A stretch of 45,027 nt of DNA from a virus (lineage: Duplodnaviria; Caudoviricetes): IMG/VR virus record IMGVR_UViG_3300033485_000032, positions 1 through 45,027 of that record, one strand, 5' to 3'. Under the pieces are notes generated by a model, which was not told the DNA's origin, did no database searches, and was given only the letters and a program-made list of their open reading frames with translations. Shown in pieces: positions 1-10,073 of the stretch. The translations under genes were made by a program, and so were the position numbers. Positions within the stretch are counted from its first letter, which is position 1. Each line of letters starts with the position of its first letter.

Positions 1-332
1 CGGGAGGGCCGGGGGAGGCCGCCGTTCAGGTTGCGACCTTAGAGGCGCACCGGCGGGCTGTACCGAATACGCCTTTTGATTCTGGTGGGCTGCGGGCCGC
101 CGAATCTGTGCAGGTCGGGGGGCTAGAGGGGGTGGTGTTCATAAACCAGACCGCTACCAACCCCAGGCAGAGGGGCCAAAGGCCAGCGGTGTACGGAGTT
201 TACTTGCACGGCCAGGGAATGCGCCCGGGGCTGCGCGGTGGGACGCGGGCATTCTTTCAGGCTACGGTAGAATTTGACGGCGACGTGATCATCGCTCGCG
301 GCGTAGAGACCTACATGCAGGGTATAAAATGA
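1..332 (+). CDS. Putative tail-completion/neck protein (HK97 gp10-like), 3' part; 5' part at 44985-45027
   Basis: Frame open from position 3 (GGPGEAAVQVATLEAHRRAVPNTPFDSGGLRAA...). TPxDSGxLR resembles the gp10-type PVDTGxLR motif. Lies between head-closure and tail genes. Confidence 0.6.
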   Translation, partial: GGPGEAAVQVATLEAHRRAVPNTPFDSGGLRAAESVQVGGLEGVVFINQTATNPRQRGQRPAVYGVYLHGQGMRPGLRGGTRAFFQATVEFDGDVIIARGVETYMQGIK

Positions 333-808
333 GCTACGATGTAGTCGCACGGGATGTCGTTCGGAAGAGGATTGGGGAACTCCTGAAGGACGAAAACGAG
401 GGGACGGGGTTCGGCAAGTGCTTGGCTGTTTACGACCACCTGCGCCCACCAAACCCAGGAGAGTCGCCGATTCAGTGCGTCACGTCGGAGGGGTGGGGTC
501 ACGACCACGACGGAGACAGCGCGACCAAGACCGACCGGTACCGCTTCATCATCTACAACTACGTGGCGCGTGTCCCGGACACGGGAGGAATATCCCCGGA
601 GGACGTGCTGGACGCCCTGCAAGACGGGGTAAACAAGTTCCTGAAAAAGTACGAGATGGACGCCGGATACTGGGATTGCCTGCGCCTGGTCCCCGGGTTC
701 TCGAAGGCTGTTAGCGCGGACAAGCCGGAGCAATTGGTGGGCGGGACGGCCTTCTTTATCGAGGGTTTTGTAGTGGAGGCCGTTCCCGCTGTACTCATGG
801 AGGAGTGA
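329..808 (+). CDS. Putative tail terminator protein
   Basis: 159 aa, ATGA overlap with the previous gene, just before the tail tube gene. Call is from synteny only. Confidence 0.45.
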   Translation: MSYDVVARDVVRKRIGELLKDENEGTGFGKCLAVYDHLRPPNPGESPIQCVTSEGWGHDHDGDSATKTDRYRFIIYNYVARVPDTGGISPEDVLDALQDGVNKFLKKYEMDAGYWDCLRLVPGFSKAVSADKPEQLVGGTAFFIEGFVVEAVPAVLMEE

Positions 809-810
809 TA

Positions 811-1080
811 ATGACGAAAGCGAGAGGGATAACGACGAAGCGGTACGTGGCCCTGGTGGGCCTATCAGAACAGGCCGGCCCCATCATCATCCGCAAGGGA
901 GATATTTTTGAGGCCGAGCCAGACGACCCGTGGGTCGTCGCTCAACTGGCGAATGGGTACATCGAGGAGACAGACGCGCCTGGTGGCGCTCTCAAGAAGT
1001 GCCCCAAGTGCGCAGAAAAGAAACAACGGGCGGTAGTGGTAGAGGGACAAGAGCCGCCAGAAAAAACAGAGGAGGATTGA
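811..1080 (+). CDS. Small hypothetical protein with CxxC motif
   Basis: GGAGGAG RBS before ATG 811; CPKC motif; tightly packed between neighbours. Confidence 0.6.
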   Translation: MTKARGITTKRYVALVGLSEQAGPIIIRKGDIFEAEPDDPWVVAQLANGYIEETDAPGGALKKCPKCAEKKQRAVVVEGQEPPEKTEED

Positions 1081-1081
1081 A

Positions 1082-1561
1082 ATGACGGTTACATTCACAA
1101 ATCGAGTCATGCCCTGCTCGTCCAAGTTCCAGGTTTCGGACGATGGGGGGTCAACATTCGAGGAATACGCGGGTTTCCTCACCGTCTTGGACGGGTGGAT
1201 GCAGGAACGCATCACCGGTCAAGAGAATGGCATGGGCATGGATACGCCGGTTATTGGCCTGGGGCCAAAGAACCCCATCACTTTGAGCATCACGGCGTTT
1301 TACAGCCCAACTACCGGGGACCTGTACGACACGGTCAAGACACAGTTCGATGCCGAATGCGGCGGCAACTTGATCGTCCAGTGGGGGCCGACTGGTTTCG
1401 CCCCCGGATCGCTGGTTCACACGACCAACGTAGACAACTCATACGTCAGCGCACTGGCCCTGCCGCCGTTCACGGCCTCTGATGCCAAGCCGCTCCTGTT
1501 CCAGTTCAAGATTTTTACCACCGGCGTTGACGACACCACCATCCCCATCCCGCCTCCGTGA
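1082..1561 (+). CDS. Major tail (tube) protein
   Basis: 159 aa, Thr/Gly-rich with beta-strand character, GGAGG RBS, directly upstream of chaperone and tape measure genes. Confidence 0.65.
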   Translation: MTVTFTNRVMPCSSKFQVSDDGGSTFEEYAGFLTVLDGWMQERITGQENGMGMDTPVIGLGPKNPITLSITAFYSPTTGDLYDTVKTQFDAECGGNLIVQWGPTGFAPGSLVHTTNVDNSYVSALALPPFTASDAKPLLFQFKIFTTGVDDTTIPIPPP

Positions 1562-1563
1562 TC

Positions 1564-2277
1564 ATGAGCAAACAGGAGTTTACGAACACGGCTCTCGGAT
1601 GCACCTTCTCCACCCTCGACGTTTCGATGGCGGACTTGGAGCAGTACGACATGCTCAGGAACCGCGTCATGGCCCTCGGCGGTGGTCAGGCGGCGGTTAA
1701 CTTTTGCTCCGCCCTGGCGGTCATAGACGCCAAGTCGTGGACAAGTATCCACATTCCGAGCATCGAGGCGCAAACGCTCGAAGCGGTTAATGCCCTCAGC
1801 GAAGGGGGCGCTCAAACCGTCTTTTGGGCCGGCGGGATCGTGAGCAAGTACATGGTCTGGCTGCTCGGAGACCGGACGGGCATGACGTTCGATGAGTTCT
1901 TGATGGGAGAGGTGCGCGAGCAGAGGCCGGTAGACATCACGCTCCGTCCGCTAACCGTTGGCTTGTTGGGAAAGTACGATGATACGCGGACCGCGCTGAT
2001 CCGTGAGGGGAGGTCGGTGTACTATGCCAACTGGCAGGCGGCCCAACTTCTCATAGACGGCTGGAATGTCCCCGAAATACCGGACCGCAAGGCGCTTGGA
2101 GAGTGGGATCAAATATCAGGCGACGTTCTGCGAATGGTTGTCGCAGTAGGTGACGCTGTCGTGTTTGTCGTCACCGACTTCATGACCGTCCCAAAATCCT
2201 GGCCGTCCGCTCCGGCAGGTGCGCGGAAGCGGAAGGCACAGCCGAAGCGCAAGAAAACAGGCCGCCCCACGAGTTAG
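1564..2277 (+). CDS. Tail assembly chaperone (gpG-like)
   Basis: Between tail tube and tape measure; in-frame slippery heptamer C CCA AAA at 2190-2196. Confidence 0.7.
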   Translation: MSKQEFTNTALGCTFSTLDVSMADLEQYDMLRNRVMALGGGQAAVNFCSALAVIDAKSWTSIHIPSIEAQTLEAVNALSEGGAQTVFWAGGIVSKYMVWLLGDRTGMTFDEFLMGEVREQRPVDITLRPLTVGLLGKYDDTRTALIREGRSVYYANWQAAQLLIDGWNVPEIPDRKALGEWDQISGDVLRMVVAVGDAVVFVVTDFMTVPKSWPSAPAGARKRKAQPKRKKTGRPTS

Positions 2278-2573
2278 AGGTAGCGTGGAGTTGCGACCGG
2301 TTCAATACCCCGCCGACTAGCGGGGGTATTTTCAACCAGGACCCCGCCATGCTGCTACGAATGCGGGTTGCGCAGAACATATACACGGCGGTAAGATTTT
2401 TCGTAGACACGGTATCCAGACCACGCAAGGGTATGGACGTTGGGGCTACGTTCAACGACAACCAAAACCTGGTGAGAATTTACCAGGAATGGCAGGCGCT
2501 TGATCGTGAGGAAATGGTAGACGAGACCATACGGCGATGGCTGTATGGTAGGAGACGCACAGGTGGCCGGTAA
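2190..2573 (+). CDS. Tail assembly chaperone -1 frameshift extension (gpGT-like)
   Basis: The -1 frame from 2190 is open to 2573 (PKILAVRSG...PPHELEVAWSCDRF...MLLRMRVAQ...) and contains the ORF 2349-2573. Confidence 0.75.
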   Translation, partial: PKILAVRSGRCAEAEGTAEAQENRPPHELEVAWSCDRFNTPPTSGGIFNQDPAMLLRMRVAQNIYTAVRFFVDTVSRPRKGMDVGATFNDNQNLVRIYQEWQALDREEMVDETIRRWLYGRRRTGGR

Positions 2574-5409
2574 GAGTTACGACCTGCAAATCCTGGTCAA
2601 GTTGGTGGACCAGGCCAGCAAGGGCGCTCAGGGGGTCGGAGCTTCTTTGCAGAATATGGGCAAAGAAGCCGACGCCGCCCTCAGCGCCCTGCAACCGCTC
2701 GGTACAGCAATGGCTGCAACCGGCGCTGCAGGGACCGCCCTCGTTGCGTCCGCCACCATGAGCGCCGCCCGCGTTCAGGAGCTTGGGGTCGTCCTGAACA
2801 TCGTCGGAAAGAACGCCGGGTATTCTGAGGCGCAGATCACCGCTTACGAGGCGGGCGTCCGGCGCATGGGGATCACACACGCCGGGGCAAGGCAGTCGCT
2901 CATCCAGATGGCCCAGGCCGAGGTAGATTTGAGCTACGCGACCGACCTGGCCCGCGTAGCTCAGGACGCCGCCGTCATTGCGCAGACGGATAGCTCGGAC
3001 GCCATGCAGCGCCTCACTTGGTCAATCCAGACCGGCAGCGTAATCTATGCCCGGACGCTCGGTCTTATCGTCAACTACGGGGCTGCATACGAGAAGATGG
3101 CCGCGCAGGTTGGAAAGACCGTAGAGCAATTGACGGAGGAGGAACGCACCCAGGCCAGGGTCAACGAAATGCTCCGGGCGGGAACTTCTATTGAGGGGGC
3201 GTACGACGCCGCCATGACCACCAGCGGCAAGCAACTGCGCTCGCTAAACCGCCTATGGGTGGACTCGGAGGCGGCTCTTGGTAAGGCTTTCTTGCCGGTC
3301 ATGGACAAGGCCGTACAGTCCGCAACAAGCATGCTCAAGGCGTTCTTGGCCATGGAGCCAGCGCAACAGCGGCAGATTGCTTCGTGGCTGGCAATCGGTA
3401 CAGCCGTCGCCAGCGGGGGCGGGGCGCTGATTCTCTTAACCCCCCAGGTAATGAAACTGGTATCCTCTCTCGGCGCTTTCCTGAAGCTATCCGGCGGTGT
3501 GGCGGAAGGGTTGCAGTTCTTGCAGGCTGGTTTTACCGCCTCCGAGGTTGCCGCCACTGGTTTCGCCGGCACCGTCGCCGTCGCCATTCCGGTCCTGGCA
3601 GCCCTGGCAGCAACGCTTGGGGTGGTTTACGTGGCCCACCAGCGAAACGTACAGGTGACGAAAGGTCATGAGGATGTCACCAACGCATTCGCAGAGCAGT
3701 TGCAGCGGGTCGTTGCTGCTGGCGGAAGCGCCGATGACGTGATGCAGGCGTACACCACCGCGCAACAGTCGGCGGCGGCGGCTGTAGATAGGGCGGCAAA
3801 CTCGCATAACGTCATGGAGCGTATGGCGGCGCGATTCGTGGATACCGCCAAGTTGGAAAAGGATGGCCTTCTGGCCGTCCAGGACGCGCTCGCCAAGACC
3901 GCTACAGGATACGATGATTATCGAAGCAAGCTCGATCAGGCTGTAGCAGCGACCGGATACATGATCAACGCGCAGGGGGACCTGGTGGAGGTCACGGATA
4001 CCGGGATGGTTCGGGTTATCCAGGCCGGTTTTCAAATGAGCGAGGCCGGGTTCGCAGCCGAGCAGGGGTGGGCGGCAGTCCTCGACCGGCGCATGGTCGC
4101 GGCGATGCTTGATACAGCCTCAGCGACCAGGAACGCCGCCGACGCAACCGACGGGCTGGCCGCGTCTACAGCGACGCTAGACGAGCGGGTAGGCGCTTTG
4201 GCTGTGGCCGTTGCCGGCCCCATCCGCCAAGCCAACGAGCAGTATGCGCAGCAGCAGGTGGACATTCGCCAGCAGATGGCAGAGGCCCGCGCAGAGTTGG
4301 AGAAGTTGGAGAGGACGCAGGGCGCTCAGATCGTCACACAGCAGGCCGGGGTCATTGAGCAAGACAATGCACGCCGGGCCGCCGAAAAGTTGGCGAACGC
4401 CCAAGAACTGCTCGCCAACAACACCGACCCCGCTCGGCAGTTGGAGTTCGAGGCCGGGGTAGCGCGGGCCGCCGCTGCTCAGGAGCGAGCGAACGCAGCC
4501 CTCGAAGGCGGATCTGTTTCCTACGTGGACAACAGCGCCAGAATTGCGGAATTAAACGCCCAGTTGGTGGAGAACGAGGCGAGACTGGCTGCAAATGCCG
4601 CCGCCCACGAAGACCAGACGAAGCGTTTTTTGTACGACATGATGATGCAGCGGCTTGCAATGGACGGGTGGACGGAGGCCGAGCAAACGCTGTCTCTGGC
4701 GGCAGCCCGCGACTTTGGCCTCATTGACCAGGCCAGTTTCGACGCCGCGATGGGCATGAATGCCGCATTGACCGAGTTCGCGGGGGGCGCTGGCGTAAAC
4801 GAGACGATGGGTAAGATAGATGGAATCTACAACCGTCTCGCCAACGACGTTCCGGGGGCTATCTCCGTACTGTCCGGGTCGCTGATCGGCCCATTGCCCG
4901 CCGCATTCAGGACGACCGGGCAGGCAATCGAGGAGACCGGGTTGAGGTCGGACATTTTGCGCGGAAAATTCGACGGGATACCGCGCTCAATCTCGACCCA
5001 ATTCAGGACGCCAGGACTCGCCGAGGCGCACAGTGCAGCGCAGGCATACCAGGACGTGTTGAACAACATGCCCAGGACGGTATCCACCCTATACGAGTTG
5101 CACACGCAGGGATTGCCCATCCCCCCCGCAGGCCCACCTGGGGGAATCCCCGGTCACGCCACAGGCACAATGTCCGCCTCCCCGGGGTTTGGAATGGTGG
5201 GGGAGCGTGGAGCGGAGATCGTCACTGGTCCAACCCTCATGCTTTTCCAGGGAGGGGAGAGGGTTTACAATGCTCAGGATACCAACAGGATGTTGGGCGG
5301 AACGAACGTCACCAACAACAACGCCCTGACATTCAACGTCGTGGCCCCAAATCCACAGAGGGCTGCGTGGAGCATCCGGGAAACTCTGGCTCAAGAGGGG
5401 ATTGGGTGA
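2545..5409 (+). CDS. Tail tape measure protein
   Basis: 954 aa, Ala-rich and helical, central hydrophobic segments, C-terminal HATG...MVGERGAEIV motif typical of tape measure proteins; canonical position. Confidence 0.92.
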   Translation: MVGDAQVAGKSYDLQILVKLVDQASKGAQGVGASLQNMGKEADAALSALQPLGTAMAATGAAGTALVASATMSAARVQELGVVLNIVGKNAGYSEAQITAYEAGVRRMGITHAGARQSLIQMAQAEVDLSYATDLARVAQDAAVIAQTDSSDAMQRLTWSIQTGSVIYARTLGLIVNYGAAYEKMAAQVGKTVEQLTEEERTQARVNEMLRAGTSIEGAYDAAMTTSGKQLRSLNRLWVDSEAALGKAFLPVMDKAVQSATSMLKAFLAMEPAQQRQIASWLAIGTAVASGGGALILLTPQVMKLVSSLGAFLKLSGGVAEGLQFLQAGFTASEVAATGFAGTVAVAIPVLAALAATLGVVYVAHQRNVQVTKGHEDVTNAFAEQLQRVVAAGGSADDVMQAYTTAQQSAAAAVDRAANSHNVMERMAARFVDTAKLEKDGLLAVQDALAKTATGYDDYRSKLDQAVAATGYMINAQGDLVEVTDTGMVRVIQAGFQMSEAGFAAEQGWAAVLDRRMVAAMLDTASATRNAADATDGLAASTATLDERVGALAVAVAGPIRQANEQYAQQQVDIRQQMAEARAELEKLERTQGAQIVTQQAGVIEQDNARRAAEKLANAQELLANNTDPARQLEFEAGVARAAAAQERANAALEGGSVSYVDNSARIAELNAQLVENEARLAANAAAHEDQTKRFLYDMMMQRLAMDGWTEAEQTLSLAAARDFGLIDQASFDAAMGMNAALTEFAGGAGVNETMGKIDGIYNRLANDVPGAISVLSGSLIGPLPAAFRTTGQAIEETGLRSDILRGKFDGIPRSISTQFRTPGLAEAHSAAQAYQDVLNNMPRTVSTLYELHTQGLPIPPAGPPGGIPGHATGTMSASPGFGMVGERGAEIVTGPTLMLFQGGERVYNAQDTNRMLGGTNVTNNNALTFNVVAPNPQRAAWSIRETLAQEGIG

Positions 5410-5421
5410 TAGGAGTAGGAA

Positions 5422-7995
5422 ATGAGAAAAAGGGCGCTCGCTGTAGCCGCCGCTTTGATCGTTCTTTCTACCACAGGTCACGCGCCGCCAGACTATACCA
5501 GATTGGAGGTGGTGGTGTACATGCCCCTGGTATTGAATGGCTGGCAACTCAACGTAGGTGGGGAGGATTTGGCGATGAGCAGCAACTTCAAGGTCATTGA
5601 ACCGGAGGAGACGGTAAACTATATCCTGAATCCATCCGCAGAGGCGGCGGGTAACTTTTCCGCTATCGGTGGGGCGACTGTTACCCGCGTTACCACCTAC
5701 CAAAAGCACAACTTGTACTCCTACCGTGTGCAAACGTCAGCCGACAATACCGGGGCCTCATTCGTCAGCGGTGCGCTACCCAACGCCGTCGCCTACGCTA
5801 CGGTAAAGGTGCGCGGTACGCTTCCCGCGTCATGGGACTGGTCGCTCGACAACACCAACTGGCACACCCCAACACTTATCATGCCACTGGACGCCAACTG
5901 GTCAATCTATGGGTACGCCTTTCCGTCCGGGGAGGCTAACGGATCGACCTCCTTTCTGGTCCAGCAGAAAGGGGCAGGGGCGGGTGACTTTTACCTGGAC
6001 GGGTTGCAGGTGGAGAGCAAAGACCACTGGACGACGTTCTGCGGGTACGGGGAGGAGGGGTGTGAATCTGTCGGCACTCCGCACGCATCGAGGAGCCAGC
6101 GCAGCGCAAACAGCCGGGCCGGGGGACGCCTGCGCGACCTATCCGACTATGGGTTGATCGTTACCGGGGCATCCGGGTTGGGATTATCCCCCGTTGACGT
6201 GCGCATCGACGCATACTCCGGGCGTCCAGGTGGCGCTCTGAACTCCATCCACGAATCGTCCGCCGCGCTATCCATAGCCGTCCTGTTGCGTGGTTCGTCC
6301 CTACCCAACCTACACTCCAATGCACAGGCCCTTGAGGCGCTTTTGAGCGAGTACGCCGTCCCGTCTATTGACGGCAGGACGCAGCCCATCCGCTTGTGGT
6401 ACACTGGTTCAGCGGTCGTCAAGGAGATCGAGGTTCATTATGACGGCGGGCTGGAGGGGGCGCTCGCAGCGGATACGCCGTGCAACTGGTGGAGAGCGTC
6501 AATACACCTGACGGCCCCCGACCCGTTCTGGAAAGAGGTCGGAAACTCTGCGGCTGTGTTGGACACGATTGACAGTGCGACGTTTCAGACTGTGGCGGCT
6601 CGCCTGCGCAGCACCGGGCAGTGGTCGAATCTAGGCCCGCCGACCGGGGGCGGTCCGTACACAGCCGTCTACGCCATCGCCGAGGACGCACAGTACGTCT
6701 ATTATGGGGGAAACTTCCAGGATTTTAACGGAATCGCCAACGCTGATTACTTTGTGCGGTACAACAAGGAGACGGGGGCATGGTCTGCTCCCGCTGTTGG
6801 GGCAAACGGCATAATCTACGCCCTTGCCAAGTTGCCGGATGGTCGCATCGTGGCCGGCGGCGCGTTCACGTCAATCGGTGGGGTAGCCGCCAGCCGAATC
6901 GCAGTTTACGACCCAACGACGGGGACGTGGGAGGCGATGGGGGTTGGGGTGGACAATAATGTGTACGCCCTCACCGTTGGAAAGAACGGCCTGCTATACC
7001 TGGGCGGGGCCTTCCTGAACGCCGGTGGTGGGGCAACGAACAGGATCGCCTCTTGGGATCCATCAACGGGAGCATACGCGGCCCTGGGGGTGGGGGTCAA
7101 TAACGTGGTTCGCGCTTTGGCTACAGGAATTGACGGGCAGATATTCGCCGGGGGAGACTTTACTACCGCTGGCGGATCATCCGCCCTGAGAGTTGCGTCG
7201 TGGTATCCCTCTATTTCTACGTGGTCCCCCCTGGATACGGGTGTGGACAACGTGGTTCGCGCCCTCGCCGTTTCCTCTGACGGGATTCTCTACATCGGCG
7301 GGGATCAAATATACGCCGGGACGTTGCTGGTTAACCGTATTTGCTCTTGGGACGGCGTGGCAATGTCTGCGCTTGGGTCTGGAACGGACAACTCTGTGCG
7401 CGCCATCGCTGTATCCCCCGATGGTTCTGTATTGCTCACCGGATCGTTCGCCGTAGCGGGTGGGATAACGATCATGGCGCTCGTTGCTGGATGGAATGGG
7501 TCAACCTTCTTCCATACCGACTTGGGGACATCGTGGACAGATGGGCTGGTTATCTTTACGTCCGCTGTGGTTGGAAACAAGTACAACTTGTGGGTAGGTG
7601 GTGGTGGTGGGGCTGGTCTTCCAGGAGGATACGGCGGAAGCATCACAATTTCGTACACCGGAACGGCCCCTGCATTCCCCCACATGGTCGCCTCACGATC
7701 TGGTGGAACGGGGGCCACTATAGCCATGCTGAGAAACGAGATGCCGCCGCTCGCGGTGCTGTACGACTACAACCTACAGGACGGCGAGACCTTGACGACT
7801 GACTTTTCACCAGACGAGCAATCCGTCGAGAGTTCTTTCTTTGGTTCCCGACCGGACGCCGTTCTGCGCGGCAGCGATTGGCAGTTCACGATCAACCCCG
7901 GATCGAATCAGATCACGTCTTACGTGATAGTGACTGGCGGGGCGACGGCGACTGCTTACATGACCTGGCGCACAGCGTACCTTTCGGCAGACTGA
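5422..7995 (+). CDS. Distal-tail (Dit)-like protein with carbohydrate-binding-like domain and inserted beta-propeller; alternative start at 5575
   Basis: Follows tape measure. Dit-like segments (LTAPDPFW; LQDGETLTTD...INPGSNQI...WRTAYL) flank about 6-7 repeats of V(Y/R)ALA..DG.(L/I)Y.GG.F..AGG...RIA.WD. Confidence 0.7.
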   Translation: MRKRALAVAAALIVLSTTGHAPPDYTRLEVVVYMPLVLNGWQLNVGGEDLAMSSNFKVIEPEETVNYILNPSAEAAGNFSAIGGATVTRVTTYQKHNLYSYRVQTSADNTGASFVSGALPNAVAYATVKVRGTLPASWDWSLDNTNWHTPTLIMPLDANWSIYGYAFPSGEANGSTSFLVQQKGAGAGDFYLDGLQVESKDHWTTFCGYGEEGCESVGTPHASRSQRSANSRAGGRLRDLSDYGLIVTGASGLGLSPVDVRIDAYSGRPGGALNSIHESSAALSIAVLLRGSSLPNLHSNAQALEALLSEYAVPSIDGRTQPIRLWYTGSAVVKEIEVHYDGGLEGALAADTPCNWWRASIHLTAPDPFWKEVGNSAAVLDTIDSATFQTVAARLRSTGQWSNLGPPTGGGPYTAVYAIAEDAQYVYYGGNFQDFNGIANADYFVRYNKETGAWSAPAVGANGIIYALAKLPDGRIVAGGAFTSIGGVAASRIAVYDPTTGTWEAMGVGVDNNVYALTVGKNGLLYLGGAFLNAGGGATNRIASWDPSTGAYAALGVGVNNVVRALATGIDGQIFAGGDFTTAGGSSALRVASWYPSISTWSPLDTGVDNVVRALAVSSDGILYIGGDQIYAGTLLVNRICSWDGVAMSALGSGTDNSVRAIAVSPDGSVLLTGSFAVAGGITIMALVAGWNGSTFFHTDLGTSWTDGLVIFTSAVVGNKYNLWVGGGGGAGLPGGYGGSITISYTGTAPAFPHMVASRSGGTGATIAMLRNEMPPLAVLYDYNLQDGETLTTDFSPDEQSVESSFFGSRPDAVLRGSDWQFTINPGSNQITSYVIVTGGATATAYMTWRTAYLSAD

Positions 7996-8004
7996 GGTTT
8001 CAAA

Positions 8005-9216
8005 ATGGCGGCTGAATACGACCTGGTTTACACGAGAGACGACGGATACCCACTCGCGTCTAACGTGTGGGGGCTGTTGACGCCGGGAACATCTCTGTCG
8101 TTTACCGCCAGCCGGGTCGTCAACTGGTTCGGTTCTCTCACGCTGGAATTGCCGCCCACCTTTGACTTACGCCGATTCCGAGAGGACCAGATGATTCAGG
8201 TGTGGCGCAAGCCTCCCGGAGGAGTGAGGGTTTTGTGGTCGGTCTACCCTCTGCGCAGGTGGGGGTACGAACACGACGCGCAGGGGAACAAGATCATCAC
8301 CGTCTACGGCAGCACGCCGGAGGAGCTTCTGGTTCGCCGGATCGTGGCCGGGTCTGCTGGTACGTCAGCCTCAGAAAAAACGGACACCGACGACGACCTG
8401 CTCCGCGCCTTCGTGCGCGAGGCGGTACTGGATACCGCCAAACCTATCCCGGAGTATGGGACGCGGGCATGGCCTCTATTCAGTGTGGAGAGCGACAAGG
8501 GGAAGGGGACGAGCGCGGTCAAGGGGGCAGCCTTCCAGGAGCTTTTGAGCGCCTACGGCGGCGGCCTATTGGTGGACATATCCAATAACGCCAGCGCAGC
8601 AAACGACTCCGAGCTTTTCTGGAGAGTGGAGCCGACCGTTACGCAGACTGGAATATCCTTCACATTCAGGGTAACGAGTGGGCAACCGGGTGTGGACAGG
8701 ACTAAGCAAGGAGTCTCGTTTTCCGAGAAGCGTGGAAACCTTATGGAGGCGTACTACGACTACGACGCGACCAGGGAGGTCAATTACGTCTACGGACTGG
8801 GCAGAGGGGAGGGGGTCGACAGGGAAGTCGTACAGGTTTGGGACGCCAAGAGGATAGGAAAGTCGCGCTGGAATCGCCGGGAGAGATCGTGTGAGTCCAA
8901 CGACGACCGCACCGAAGGGGTACGCTCGGACGCAAACGCCGTCCTGCACGCTGGCCGCCCGGTTATCAGGGCCGGAGGCGTCCCGGTTGACTCCAAAGGA
9001 ATGACATTTGGACGCCAGTGGGGTTTCGGAGACAAGGTGCTGGCCGAGGTCGGCGAACCTACGCTGATCCAGTTCGCGGCAATCGTTCGCTCCGTTTCTC
9101 TGGGGTGGTCTGCATCGCTCGGTATCGTCGCGGGGCGTGGAAAGACGCGCAGGATAGAAAGGAAGGCGGGAGAGGAGACGATTCGGGCCAGACTGGAATA
9201 TGAGGGGGCGGCGTGA
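8005..9216 (+). CDS. Minor tail / tail-tip hub protein (ReqiPepy6 gp37-like)
   Basis: Follows Dit; motifs LLVRRIV, NYVYGLGRGEGVDR and FGRQWGFGDKV resemble this siphovirus family. Confidence 0.7.
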   Translation: MAAEYDLVYTRDDGYPLASNVWGLLTPGTSLSFTASRVVNWFGSLTLELPPTFDLRRFREDQMIQVWRKPPGGVRVLWSVYPLRRWGYEHDAQGNKIITVYGSTPEELLVRRIVAGSAGTSASEKTDTDDDLLRAFVREAVLDTAKPIPEYGTRAWPLFSVESDKGKGTSAVKGAAFQELLSAYGGGLLVDISNNASAANDSELFWRVEPTVTQTGISFTFRVTSGQPGVDRTKQGVSFSEKRGNLMEAYYDYDATREVNYVYGLGRGEGVDREVVQVWDAKRIGKSRWNRRERSCESNDDRTEGVRSDANAVLHAGRPVIRAGGVPVDSKGMTFGRQWGFGDKVLAEVGEPTLIQFAAIVRSVSLGWSASLGIVAGRGKTRRIERKAGEETIRARLEYEGAA

Positions 9217-10061
9217 GCGATCCGTACAGTGTCCTGGCGAGAGAGATCGGCAGCATCCGCCGGGATATAGGCCGCCGTCGCCAGCCCCCCGTGTGGGTAG
9301 GCGGGGAACTGTGGGACGCAATGACCGGGGCGCAGCCGGGGGGAGGGTCTACGCTTGCCTGGCTATTCACTGGACGCAACCTGTGGATACCGGACGGGGA
9401 GGGGGCGGGTAACTCGTTTACCGGGATTAACATAGTCCGCTCGGATTGGAGAAAGACGAGGCGGGGTGCTCCATACGTCCACCTGGACGGGGCGACGGAG
9501 GCGCTATCAGTAAACAACGCCGCGTGGCAGCAGGCCGGAACGGATAGCCTGACGGTGTGGTTTTGGGTAAACGCGCAGTCTGTCGCCGCAAGTATGGTTG
9601 CGTCTTCCAAGTTAGCGATAACAACCAACCAAAGGTCGTGGCGACTTAGTTTTTCGGTTGGTACAGGATTCGAGTTCTTGACGAACTCCCTGGGTACGGC
9701 AGCCGGAAACTATATAGTTTCATCTGGCGTAACCCCGATTATAGACAATTTTTACTTTTTAGGAGGTCATTGGCAGGCGAGTACGCTACAAGGTGTTTAC
9801 ACGGCGAACGCGACAGACGATGACGTGGCGCAAATAACGAACACGGTCGGAACACCACCAGCGTCTCTCTTTAATAGCACTGCTCCGCTGGCTATAGGTA
9901 CAGCGTTCACGATCCCGCCGACGTTTTCCGCCCCATGGAATGGCTACATATCATCCGGTTGCGCCTGGTACAACGGAGGCGGCGGGGGGTATCCAAGCGC
10001 GTCAGAAGTGTACGACTACATGCGCAGTCGGTGGGCAATGACCCGCTGGCTGTATCAATAA
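9213..10061 (+). CDS. Tail-associated protein with LamG/concanavalin-A-like domain (candidate receptor binding)
   Basis: HLDGATEALSV, SLTVWFWVN, APLAIG and WNGYI match a LamG-like pattern; 3' half is visibly AT-richer. Confidence 0.65.
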   Translation: MSDPYSVLAREIGSIRRDIGRRRQPPVWVGGELWDAMTGAQPGGGSTLAWLFTGRNLWIPDGEGAGNSFTGINIVRSDWRKTRRGAPYVHLDGATEALSVNNAAWQQAGTDSLTVWFWVNAQSVAASMVASSKLAITTNQRSWRLSFSVGTGFEFLTNSLGTAAGNYIVSSGVTPIIDNFYFLGGHWQASTLQGVYTANATDDDVAQITNTVGTPPASLFNSTAPLAIGTAFTIPPTFSAPWNGYISSGCAWYNGGGGGYPSASEVYDYMRSRWAMTRWLYQ

Positions 10062-10073
10062 AGGAGCTACGAA

